Assembly: GCF_018977255.1 (NCBI RefSeq)
Contig: NW_024704743.1
Location: 7,566,001 to 7,630,000 of the forward strand
DNA length: 64,000 nucleotides
Direction of reading: 5' to 3'
DNA from: Callorhinchus milii
Taxonomy: Eukaryota
Shown: positions 24,256 through 35,070 of the stretch, piece by piece
How positions within the stretch are numbered: the first letter of the stretch is position 1
Layout of the letters: each line of letters starts with the position of its first letter
Program-made: the position numbers and the translations under genes
The notes under the pieces: generated by a model
The model's input: the letters and a program-made list of their open reading frames with translations, nothing else
What the model was told of the DNA's origin: nothing
Database searches by the model: none

Positions 24256-25471
24256 CTGCAAGGATTTTTTTTTAAGTTCAAGCCTCAATTTCTGCCTGAG
24301 ATAACATCAATTGTATGAATAAAGTCTCTGCATTCCAATGGATTCTTTCAAAAGATAGTCCTGTTTACTTGGTCCTGGGTCTGTTGATTTTATTCTCAAT
24401 TTACAAAGAATAGGTTGGGGGGTGTTGTTAAAACATGTGTTCATTTTGACATCCTTGTGGCCTGGATGATGTTTACTTTTGAAACATAAGGCCAGTCCAG
24501 CTGGGTGAAAACTCATGTAAAGATTTCTAAGGCTTAAAGTTATTCCTGGAGTAGAAGACTCAAAAACAGATTTGATAAAAGCTGTTCCTTTTTAACCAGC
24601 TTTTTCCAGATATTGAATTTCATGAAACGGATTACTAATTATTTAGCTAGAGCGGGTGGAAGGAGCTCTTCATTATTTGTACAGCTGAGAGCTTCAGGGA
24701 TGAGAGCAAACAAAAATTAGATCGACACCATGACATTATAAAACTCCACTAATTAACTCAAAATGTCATCCTGCCTTTTCATTCTCATAGTTAAAATGTT
24801 CCTTGCCCTGACATTTATTTGTACAGTTCATATTTCAACCTAAATTATTTCTGTAACCAGCTCTTTGTGTGGGCTTTGCAGGCATTCAAATGTTTGCTGA
24901 CTTTTAAGGTCTGAATTTTAATAAGTGAACTTATATTATATGAGAAAATAAACACGATATGATAAACCACAAATACAATATGAGACCTCATAATAAATCT
25001 ATATTGTGGTTCATATTTTTTCCACTAAAATAGGATACAAAACGCAGTTAAATTCTTTTATGATTTCTTTAGTGTTGCAAAATACAGGATAATCCTTTTA
25101 TGATTGGCTGTAAAATAAATCCAAGTTGTGTGAACAACATCAACAACAGTAAGTTGCATTTTTGCCATGCACAGGATAGTGTCTCGGAGTGATTTCTGCT
25201 CATATGTGACAAACCATAGAATTGACAACACAGAATAAGGCAATCAGCCCATTGAGACAAAGCTGGTCCCTGCTCCCCTACAAGAAGGGCTGTTGAGGCC
25301 AGACACTGGACTCATTATAAAATAATAACTTGCTGCTGTGATGGGAGAATGATAGAGTGTGTGTTCAGGTAGGGAGAGATCAGATCACTGTCTTCAGACA
25401 GAACTGTCTTCATCCAAACTAAACTTGTGCATTTGTGATTTTAACAATGTGATAATCCGCTAAATCAAATA

Positions 25472-26247
25472 GTAATAATAATAATTCTTGCATTTAATAT
25501 AGCGCCTTCTCACTTCTTTGAAACGTCTCAAAGCGCTTCATAGAATATACTGTAAAGTCAATTGACTCTATATTTTGTGGGTGAAACGTGGCAGCCAATT
25601 GTGCACAATAGTGTTCCAGAAACAGTCGTGGATTGAGTGACCAAAGTATTCTTATTTTTTATTTTTTTTTATTTTTTTTGGAGAAGCGATCCACCAATTG
25701 ACTAACAACCGGGTTCCTACTTACTGCTAGGTAAACAGAGGTGTGTGGGGTAAGGAAACTTGCCCAACTTTTCGCCCTGCCTGGGAATCGAACCCAGGTC
25801 CCTTCGCTTGCGAGGCAAGTGCTTCAACCACTAAGCTACAGGATTCCAAATGCAAGGACTACTATTATTATTGATCAAGATTGCGTTGAGAACTTCAGAC
25901 TAAAGCCTCCAGTTCCAATATAATAATAAAAAAATCTTGCTTTTGATATAGCGCCTTATCAAGTCCTCGAGACATAGCGCTTCACAAAATATACTGCAAA
26001 GAGAATTAATTGACTGTATATTTGTGGGCAAAATGCAGCAGTCAATTGCGCACAACAGTCGTGAAGTGACCAAATTATTATTATTTTTTTGGGAAAGAAT
26101 ACCTGTGGTAAAGCGATCCACAACTGGGTTCCTACTTACTGTTAGGTAAACAGAACTGTAGAGAGTAAGGAAACTTGCCCAACATTTTGCTCTGCTGGGA
26201 ATCAAACCCAGGTCTACAAGTGCTCTATCAGTGAGCTACAGGACTCC
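25472..26247 (-). mobile_element. two tandem long-form SINEs (25472-25847, 25920-26247)
   Basis: Each has tail, Deu-like core, Nin-like domain and head. Confidence 0.88.
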
Positions 26248-26549
26248 ACTCTTACTGCTCACCATCACTCCTATTAACAGAGAATGGCAGATCTTGTTCC
26301 ACTAAAAATAGGACACTAGGCTTAACACAGCTGGGAGGAATTTCAACCCATGTTTTAATGCTGTTCCTTAAATAAGGAATGGAATTTGTTTAGCAATACC
26401 AGAATTTTGACTCCTATATTTTTGACGCAGTTACTTCTCAACAATCTAACTGTCTCCCTTCTAAAGACCTCAGTAGATTGTTTACCGTTTTCTGGGGCAC
26501 TACGTTCTCACAAACTTTTGATTGAAGAAATAACTGTGAGTAGAGAAGT

Positions 26550-26875
26550 ATAATAATAATAATAATAATCCTTGCATTTGATATAGCGCTTTTCACGTCG
26601 GGAGGACGTCCCAAAGCGCTTCACAGAATAGACTGTAAAGTGAATTGACTGTATATTTGTGGGCGAACGCGGCAGCCAATTGCGCACAGCAATGTCCCAC
26701 AAACAGTCGTAGATTGAAAATGACCAATTTATTATTGTTTTTGGTTTTGGAGGGATTATTATTAGGCTCTGTGTGGAGTAAGGAAACTTGCCCAAGGTTT
26801 CGCCCTCTGCCTGGAATTGAACTCAGGTCTCTCACTTGCAAAGCGAGTGCTCTAACCACTGAGCTACAGGACTCC
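26550..26875 (-). mobile_element. young full-length short-form SINE
   Basis: Intact head and CpG-rich body; 3' part near-identical to 5010-5182 and 31297-31511. Confidence 0.95.
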
Positions 26876-27380
26876 ACGTATGCAGAGATCTGTAGCTGTT
26901 TTCACACCAGTGTGAAATCTGGATATAAATTTAGTCACCGTTCATCACAGCTGAAGTTAAGACTCTTTATTTTATACCGCTTTCTTTGGTAGCATTATAA
27001 CAAAAGCTTAGGCTCTTACTGATACTGGGTGTAATGTAAGTCTTAACACAATGTGATCGTGTTACCTGTTCTGAGAAACACTTTCACAAGCTGTCTTGGT
27101 CATTCGCTTCAATGGCTGTTTAATAATAATAATTCTTGCACTTGATATAACGTCTTATCATGTCGGAAGGAAGTCACAAAGTGCCTCACAGAATTTACTG
27201 AAAAATTGATTGACACTGTGTTTTGTGGGCAAAGACGGCAGCACAATTGCACACAGCAATGTCCCACAAACAGCCATGCAGTGAGTGACCAATTTTATTA
27301 GGGGGATTGTTAGCTGGGAGAGTGAAACTCCCTTCTTTTTTCGAATAGTGCCATGGGACTCTTTAACGTTCATCTGATAG

Positions 27381-28895
27381 GAGACATAAGGCAAAGTACT
27401 GCAGATGCTGGAAGTCTGGTACAAACACAGAAGTCGCTGGGAACACGCAGCAGGTCAGCATCGTTTCATGTCAATGACCTTTTGTCAGAACAACAACAAC
27501 AAATTACATTTATAGAGCGTCTTTCACGTCGGGAGGACGTCCCAAAGCGCTGAACAGTCAGGTGTCGGGGCCCGAGCATGGGAGAGGGGTGGGGTAGGGG
27601 GGAGGGAAGGCAAAGAGGTGGGAGGGCAACCAAAGGCACAATTGAAGAGAAGGGTCTTGAGACCGGTCTTGAAGGAGGCAAGGGGGGAAGCGAGTTTGGG
27701 AGCAGAGAGGCTGATAGCCCGGCCATCGATGGTAGGGCGGGTTGGGCGGGAGACATGGAGCAGGCCGGAGCCCGCTGAACGGAGGGAGCGGGCAGGTTGT
27801 TAGGGAGTCAGCAGATCAGAGAGGTAGGAGGGGACAAGGCCATGGATGGCCTTGAAAGTGAGGATGAGGATCTTGAACTCAATCCTCTGGGGGATGAGGA
27901 GCCAGTGGAGTCGGGCGAGAGTTTTGGATGATCTGCAGCTTGTGAAGGGAAGAGTTGGGAAGGCCGATGAGGAGGGAATTTCCATAATTGAGCCTTGATG
28001 TGACGAATGTGAGGGTGAGGGTTTTGGCAGCCTGAGGGGTGAGGCAGTGGCGGCATCTGGCAATGTTGCGGAGGTAGTGGGTAGGCAGTGCGAGTCATGG
28101 CGCGGATGTGGTAGAGAAAGGACAGTTCAGGTGAAACAAGAAACCCAGGTTCCTGACTGGCTTAGTGAGGTTGAGAGTGCAGCCGTGGAGGCTGATGCTG
28201 CCAATGTCCGAGGTGCGGAGGCGCTGGCGTGAGCCAATCAGGAGGGCCTCGGTCTTGCTGACATTGAGTTGGAGAAAGTTGTCCCTCGTCCAGGACTTGA
28301 TGTCGGACAGGCAGTCAGTCAGGTCCTTAGTAGTGCTGGAGTTGAGGGTGGAGGCAGAGAGGTAGAGTTGGGTGTCATCCGCATACATGTGGAAATTTAC
28401 CCCATGTCCGCAGATGATGTCACCAAAGGGGAGCATAAGAGGGTGAAGAGGAGGGGACAGAGAACAGAGCCCTGAGGAACACTGCACGAGACGGTGCGGG
28501 GCTGGAAGAGAAGCCGTTTGCTGCAACGAAGTGGAGGCAGTGCGAAAGATAGGACCTGAACCAGTCAAGGACAGAACCTTGTAGGTTGAGGTGGGAGGAG
28601 AAGCGGTGGAGGAGGATTGAGTGGTCCACGGTGTCAAAGGCGGTGGAGAGGTCGAGGAGGACGAGGAGACAGAGGGTGCCCTGGTCGCACATGGTCAGGA
28701 TGTTGTGTGACCTTGACCAGAGCAGTTTCCATGCTGTGGGCAGCACAGAAACCCGATTGGAGGCGTTGGCTCGGGAGAACTCAGGTTGGCTGAGCATCAA
28801 TGCAGTTAGGCAGCGTTGACCTGAAATGTTAACTCATTTTCCTCTCTCCATAGATGCTGCCTGACCTGCTGTGTGTTCCTTGCGACTTCTGTGTT
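27381..28895. mobile_element. inverted pair of Penelope-like terminal repeats (arms ~27381-27490 and ~28816-28895) separated by an L2 insertion
   Basis: AACACAGAAGTCGCTGGGAACACGCAGCAGGTCAG is inverted relative to CTGACCTGCTGTGTGTTCCTTGCGACTTCTGTGTT. TGACCTGAAATGTTAAC...CTCTCTCCATAGATGCTGCCTGACCTGCTG resembles chondrichthyan Penelope-type ends (from memory). Confidence 0.65.
27489..28805 (-). mobile_element. L2 LINE, 5'-truncated, with frameshifted RT domain
   Basis: LLVLLDLSTAFDTVDHSILLHR...VLDWFRSYLS and HGVNFHMYADDTQLYLS...CLSDIKSW...NFLQLNVSKTE (RT YADD motif); (TTG)n tail at 27489. Confidence 0.97.
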
Positions 28896-29334
28896 GATGA
28901 CGGGAGATATATCTGTGTTTGGGGAACATTTCTGTTGTGTTCACCCACAAAAAACAGTCACTACATTTTACAATATGTCCTAATGATGCAAAAGGAGCTA
29001 TACCAATTGTAAGGATTATTCTTATTACAAAGCTCACCTACAAATACCCAGTCACTAAAGCTTACAATAAAGCTTGTGAAGTGCTTTGAGATGTTTTAAT
29101 GATGTGATAAGTCACCATATCAAATGACTGGGAGTTCAGTATATCTATGAAATATATGAAATAGCTACATATGAAATTTTTACTGTATCTGGAATGGAAT
29201 GTACACTCTCTCTCTCTGGAAGGATGCACCCGGATAATCCAAATCCGGAGAGTATTAGGCACAGAAAAACAGCATCAAGTAGCCCGTTAGCTAAACGCAG
29301 CATTAGATATACAATACCTTCATTGTCCGTTATA

Positions 29335-29752
29335 AATAATAGTAATAATCCTTGCATTTGATATAGCACCTTTTCACATCGTCAAAACATTCAAAGTGCT
29401 TGTGTTATTTTTGTAGGCAAACACGGTAGTCAATTTGCACACAGCAATGTCCTAAAAAGGCGCTGGGAGGTGAACAACTCATTTTATCTTGTCGATTATT
29501 GACCAGGACACCAAGAGAAACTCCCTTCTCTTTTTGAACGGTGTCATGGTATCTTAACATCCACCTCAAGAAGCAGACAGGACCTTGGTTTAATGTCTCA
29601 CCTGGAAGACGTCACCTCTGCCAATGCAATGCTCCCCCAGCACTGCATTGGATTGTCAGCCTACATTATGAGCTCAAAGTTCTGACGTGGGGCTTGAACC
29701 CACAAATTCCTGACACAGAGGCAAGAGTACTATCAACTGAGCTAGACTGATA
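29335..29752 (-). mobile_element. near full-length older DeuSINE
   Basis: Tail, core and head are all recognisable. Confidence 0.85.
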
Positions 29753-30510
29753 ACAGTTAGTAGAACAAGCTTTATGACCTCCCACACACACATATTCATA
29801 TAATAGAGAGACCCACCTTTTGACAGGTTGTAGGAGAGTATGGAGTGTGTCGATGATTTAAGATATACAGTTTGCTTTACTACTGAATAGAAACAAATTC
29901 AAAACCCAAATAACCTTAAAAAGTAAACCTTCCACATAATCAAACATGGAAATAAGTGGGACCATATTTTACTTTAAAACCAGATTTTTGGTGTCTGGTT
30001 TTCAGTATAATTTCCACCAGCCCAGGCCAAACCATAATCCCCTGTTTAGAAGCAGGCGAGTTTGAGGCCAGGCCTCCAGGTCAGCCTGGATCAGCCTGGC
30101 CCCCACGCCACTCGCTGATTGATAGATTAGACTGGAGCAGGCTCCAAGTTGCTGAATTTGTATCTTCGAGAAGATCATGACTGGAGCAGCCCCACAAGAG
30201 CTTCCAGGCCTTTGTATTGTATTGTATATGCCAGGCCTTTGTGTTGAAGCCAAGAACATCAGATTTGTTCCAGCTGTACCTAGACTTTCGGCTATGGTTG
30301 AAAATGTCCTAATAACATTACAGTTTTTTATTGTTTGTAATGGGTCTGTCATTCCATGTCTGTAATACCTGGGTCAAGAGTTAATTGACCATTTTTAAAC
30401 AAAATACCACCGGGAGAAACTCCCTTCTCTTTTCAAATAGCGCCACAGGATCTTTGACAGCCACCTGAACAGGCAGACGGGACCTTAGTTTAACGTCGCA
30501 TTCAAAAGAC

Positions 30511-31765
30511 TGTAAATAGTTGGGATTATAGTTTAAGAATCATTAGTATTCATCATGTAGTGAATAGATGAATTAAGTAGAATGAATTAAAGAAATAAAA
30601 GCTGCCATGTGGCATGCAACACACACCCACACCCACAGTACTAGTAAAGAGACACTGAGCTAGGCAGGAGTACACCGGAATGCGACTCAAGGCCAGTGAA
30701 GATAAGGATAGCTGGTTCGGGTGAATGAATGGTAGGCCATCTGCGCTTACAAGGGCATGTGACCTAAGGGGAGGAGAGACAGGATCCTGGGATAATTGGG
30801 CTAGGAGAATGGATGGGAGGCCAACTGTGTGGGCAGGTATACAAAATTAGCAATTAAAACTGAGGAAAAGGATGCTGGGGCAAAAGAGCAGGGTTTTAGA
30901 ACTGACAATAAGAGAAAGAAGTAATGAGAAGAAAGGAGATAGAATACAGATGGCTGGCAAAAAAGGGTATAAAAATACGGTAGCCCAAACTTAGAAGTAT
31001 TCGAGCCTCTGAGGAGAGGAAGGGGACGAACCTCTACAGAGAGAGAGCGCCTTTGAGGGAAAGAAGACGAGTCCAGCTCTCGCCGGAGTGGATCGCAAAG
31101 AGGACAACTTCAGCCCTTGCCAGAGTGGACCACCAAGAGACGTTTGCAGCTAGAAGCAAGCCAGAGATGTTTGCAGCTAGAAGCACACCAGAGACAGTGT
31201 TTAACTTTTGTGCCAGCCTTAGAACTTCGACACGACTTCCTGCCTGCTTGGTAGTATCTCTCCTATTTACTAAAACACTCACCCAACATACATACTAATC
31301 CCTCCAAAACTAAAAACAATAATAAATTGGTCATTTTCAATCTACGACTGTTTGTGGGACATTGCTGTGCGCAATTGGCTGCCGCGTTTGCCCACAAATA
31401 TACAGTCAATTCACTTTACAGTGTACTCTGTGAAGCGCTTTGGGACGTCCTCCCGACGTGAAAAGCGCTATATCAAATGCAAGGATTATTATTATTATTA
31501 TTATTATTATTATACAAAACAGTTAGAGATTATTTAGGCACATTTCATATATCACATTTTTTTTATATATGTTTAGAATTTTGGTATTGAGTGTATCTTG
31601 TTAAGAGAGTGCTTTAGAAGTGCTTTAGTAGTCATTTAAGCGCAACGAGTAATGATAATGCGTCGGGTGTAATGTGATGCTTATGCTTGTTTTATAATTG
31701 CTAATAAAACATTTCAATGATATCCTTGGTGTGGTTTCCGACAAACGCTTGAACCCAATTTTATA
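30511..31765 (+). mobile_element. solo LTR (ERV1/Gypsy-type) with 4-bp TSD AGAC
   Basis: Starts TGTAAATAGTTGGG and ends CCCAATTTTATA (imperfect IR, terminal CA changed to TA). AGAC at 30507-30510 and 31766-31769. TATAAAA near 30968 and AATAAA near 31703. The flanks rejoin into one DeuSINE. Confidence 0.85.
31297..31511 (+). mobile_element. young 5'-truncated short-form SINE inside the LTR
   Basis: Near-identical to the reverse complement of 26550-26760; long (TTA)n tail. Confidence 0.93.
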
Positions 31766-32149
31766 AGACGGTGCCTCCAACAATGCAGCAAACCCCTAAC
31801 ACTGTACTGGAGAGTTATTTTGGACTGTGTTCAAAGTCCTGCTGTGGGACATGAACCCTCAACCTTCTGAGTGGGTGAAAAGTGCGGCCAAACAAGCTGA
31901 GCTGACACCTACATGATTTCATGTGACATCCCAATGTTAATAAACAAATTTCAGACCATTATAACGTAACGGCAGCTGTTCAGTGAGCCATGTGAAGGCT
32001 TTAAATTCGAGAAGTCCTTGACTTCTAGATGGGAAATGTGAAAATGGCTGAATAGCAAATCCAGAAAGTACAAGTTTGGATTTTATTTAAAATCTTCTAT
32101 CCACATCACCATCCTTCAGTGTACGAACACCATTCCTGTCCTCATTCAG

Positions 32150-32325
32150 CATTCTTATGCGCACATGTATGCACAAACATTTTCTGGCGTGGGGGGNACT
32201 GGATTACCATCAGGAACAGGGGCCTTGGCTGGTCTTTTCCTCTCCGGAACCCAGCAATCACTGAGGCCAGATCTAGCTCTCCAGCTGCTGGTCGGGCTGA
32301 GATCAGCTAACTCAGCTGACTTCTA
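32150..32325 (-). mobile_element. AmnSINE2-like ancient SINE relic
   Basis: Reverse strand GCTGAGTTAGCTGATCTCAGCC...TGGCCTCAG...GGAAAAGACCAGCCAAGG...TCCTGATGGTAATCCAG matches the recalled AmnSINE2 core. Confidence 0.65.
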
Positions 32326-32885
32326 GGACTTGTTCCTGAAACCTGAAAGCAGAAACTAGAAATCACACTTCAATCACACACAGCAATTTTCATTTTGTAA
32401 ATGCTACCTTTTCTTTCTCTTTAAAGTACTGAGAGCTCTTGGAACCAATTTATGCTGACTATCTAGATTCTAGATGATTTGTCTTAAGCCTGGTTAATGT
32501 AGAGTAAATTTATTTCAATACCGGTAAACACTTTGTTTTTATAACAAGATGTAGCTACTGGTGGTGGTGGTGGTGACAGGAAGTACAAACTTGACAGAGA
32601 ATTTGTACTGAGCGCTGAGGTATTAGCTAGTCTGTCTGTGCATGCCTAACCACTGTGACTGTGCCGAAAATAGTTGGTGCATTCCAACTTCTATTTATAA
32701 GAGAGTTCTAGGCAACGACAAAGTGTGGGTAAAATTGGCACCAGAGCTGCTGTAAATATGCCACTGCTGGTATTCTCTATACAACAACAACAAATTGCAA
32801 TTGGCTGCGTGTATCGCCCACAAAAAATAGCCCTTTCATGTTACAGTATATTCTGTGAAGTGCTTTGATGTCTCGAAGACATGAG

Positions 32886-33535
32886 AACAACAACAACAAC
32901 AACAAGATTCCATTTATAAAGCGCCTTTCACGTCAGGAGGACGTCCCAAGGCGCTGCACAGTTGGGTCATGACCCGAACAGGGGGGAAATGGTCAGGGGG
33001 AGGGGAGGGAAGGGAGGGAGCGAGGAGGGGGGAAATGGTCAGGGTGAGGGGAGGGAAGGGAGGGAGCGAGGAGGGGGAAGAGAGTCGAGAGGAGAGCTGA
33101 AGGCACGGTCAAAGAGAAAGGTTTTGAGACCGGCCTTGAAGGAGGAAAGGGAGGAAGCAAGGCGAAGGCACTGGGGGATGGAGTTCCAGAGCCTGGGGCT
33201 GAGAGGCTGAAGGCCCGCCACCGATGGTAGGGCGGTTGGGGCGGGGGACGTGGAGCAGACCGGAGCCAGAGGAACGGAGGGTACGGGCAGGTAGGTAGGG
33301 GATAGTAGGTTGGAGAGGTAGGAGGGAGCAAGGCCGTGAATGGCCTTGTAGGTGAGGATGAGGATCTTGAAATCAATCCTCTGGGGGATGGGGAGCCAGT
33401 GGAGGCGAGCGAGGGTGGGAGTGATGTGGTCCCGAAGCCTGGTGCGGGACAGTACACGAGCTGCAGAGTTCTGAATGACCTGCAGCTTGTGGAGGGAGGT
33501 GGCGGGAAGGCCGGCGAGGAGAGAGTTCCCGTAGT
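32886..33535 (-). mobile_element. young L2 LINE 3' fragment
   Basis: RLWNSIPQCLRLASSLSSFKAGLKTFLFDRAF; CpG-rich; (TTG)n tail; 3'UTR nearly identical to 50875-51151. Confidence 0.95.
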
Positions 33536-34490
33536 CACTTTATATCAAATGCAAGTTATTATTATGATTATTATTATGTAGCACCTTTCACTTCAGGAGG
33601 ACTTCCCAAGGCACTGGACTGTCCAGGGTTTTCATCTGAGCTGGGAGTTGGATTTGAGAGGGATAGGGGGCCAAAGGAGGTGAGTATGGACTCTGACACA
33701 CAAATTTAAAAAGAGAAAGTTAGAAAAAAGAAAACACAGGAAGTTTAAAGAGGAAAGTCAGACAATCTTTCTTTCCTCTGTTGGGATGTGGAATGTCCTT
33801 CACTTGTCATTCCAAGTGACATGGTAGATATATTGTGGATTTCAAGAGGCAAGCAGATGTGTTAAGCAGAAAGGTTGAGGCTTGAGGGGGTGAGGGGATA
33901 GGATGGGGCAGTGCAATTGAATGAACATCTGGCTCTGAGTACTGGTGCAGAATCGATGGACAAAAAGGCCTCTTCCGTACTGTAATCTTCTATGATTCTT
34001 ATTCGGTTTTAAGCTTGTACAGTGAGTTACTCTTGAACGCCATTGGAGCAGAGTATAAAAGAGTTCAAGAGAGAATTAGTATTCCTGTGATTACCAATTT
34101 TAATAATAATAATCTTTACATTTGATAGAGGTCCTTATCATGCCATTGAGATGTCTCAAAAACCTTCACAGGAAACTTCCTTCTGTTTTCAAATTTGAGA
34201 GAAAATCTAGATGTGAAGTAAAGAGGGCAGAATATAAGATACTTTAATAATCCTTGCGTTTGATGCAGAACCTTATCATGTTGTAGAGCCATCTCAAATC
34301 ACTTCACAGGTAAGTTGTCAGGATATGGAATAATTTGCCTGAGAATGGCTGATAGAGATTATTGGGGTATTTAAGAGAGAATTCGACAAGGACATGCAGA
34401 GGAAGAGTATTAGTAAGTGGTTGGCTTCTTGGAGGAGCAAATACCAGCATGAAAAAATGGGCCAAGTGACCTCCTACTCTATCATACAGA

Positions 34491-34800
34491 TAATAATAAT
34501 CCTTGCATTTGATATAGCGCCTTTTGAAACAACTCAAAATGCTTCACAGATTATACTGTAAAGTGAATCGACTGTATATTTTGTGAGCGAAACACAGCAG
34601 CTAATTGCAGACAGCAGTGTCCCACAAACAGTCATGGATTGAGTGATCACATTTTTGTAAGGGATTATTATCCCTGGAAAAGGAATCCACCAATCAACTA
34701 ACAACTGGGTTCCTACTTACTGCTAGGTGAACAGAGGCGTGTGGAGTAAGGAAACTTACTCAATGTTTCTCCCTGGCCGGGAATCGAACCCAGATACCAC
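34491..34800 (-). mobile_element. SINE long form, head partly lost
   Basis: Matches the family. Confidence 0.88.
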
Positions 34801-34906
34801 TTCATGCTCTGATATGGTATAGTGCATTTCTGTTGGTGATGTGCGTTTTTTTGCTTGACTCAGCAAACATCATGAATTAAGAATAAGATATAATGATCCT
34901 TGTGTG

Positions 34907-35070
34907 GAGGGCCAGATAAACCAATAAAACAACTAAACCATGGCTTAGGGCCTCGAGAACTAAGGGGCCCCGAATCTGGATATCGCCGGGGCGGACTGGC
35001 TATTCGGGAAATCAGAAAATTTAGAGTGCCTCTAAATCGTTCCCGAGTGCCTCCGTGAAAACGGCTCTCA
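34907..35070. mobile_element. hAT-like MITE end fragments
   Basis: AGGGCCAGATAAA...CCATGGCTTAGGGCCTCGAG...GGGGCCCC and GGGGCGGACTGGCTATTCGGG resemble CAGGG-type hAT termini. No partner end or TSD identified. Confidence 0.35.

Larger units (their letters stand above)
30410..31908 (-). mobile_element. older DeuSINE split by the solo LTR (30410-30510 + 31766-31908)
   Basis: ...TTTAACGTCGCATTCAAAAGAC | GGTGCCTCCAACAATGCAGC... is contiguous in intact copies, e.g. near 14243-14282 and 29589-29627. Confidence 0.85.

Noticed and set aside
28095..28800. Reverse-transcriptase ORFs as a functional gene or retron-like system
   Set aside because: Frameshifted, 5'-truncated L2 ORF2 fragments. The CR1 RT at 52673-53062 is likewise a truncated, interrupted remnant.
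32197..32197. Single N base
   Set aside because: Assembly ambiguity after a G homopolymer; not biological.
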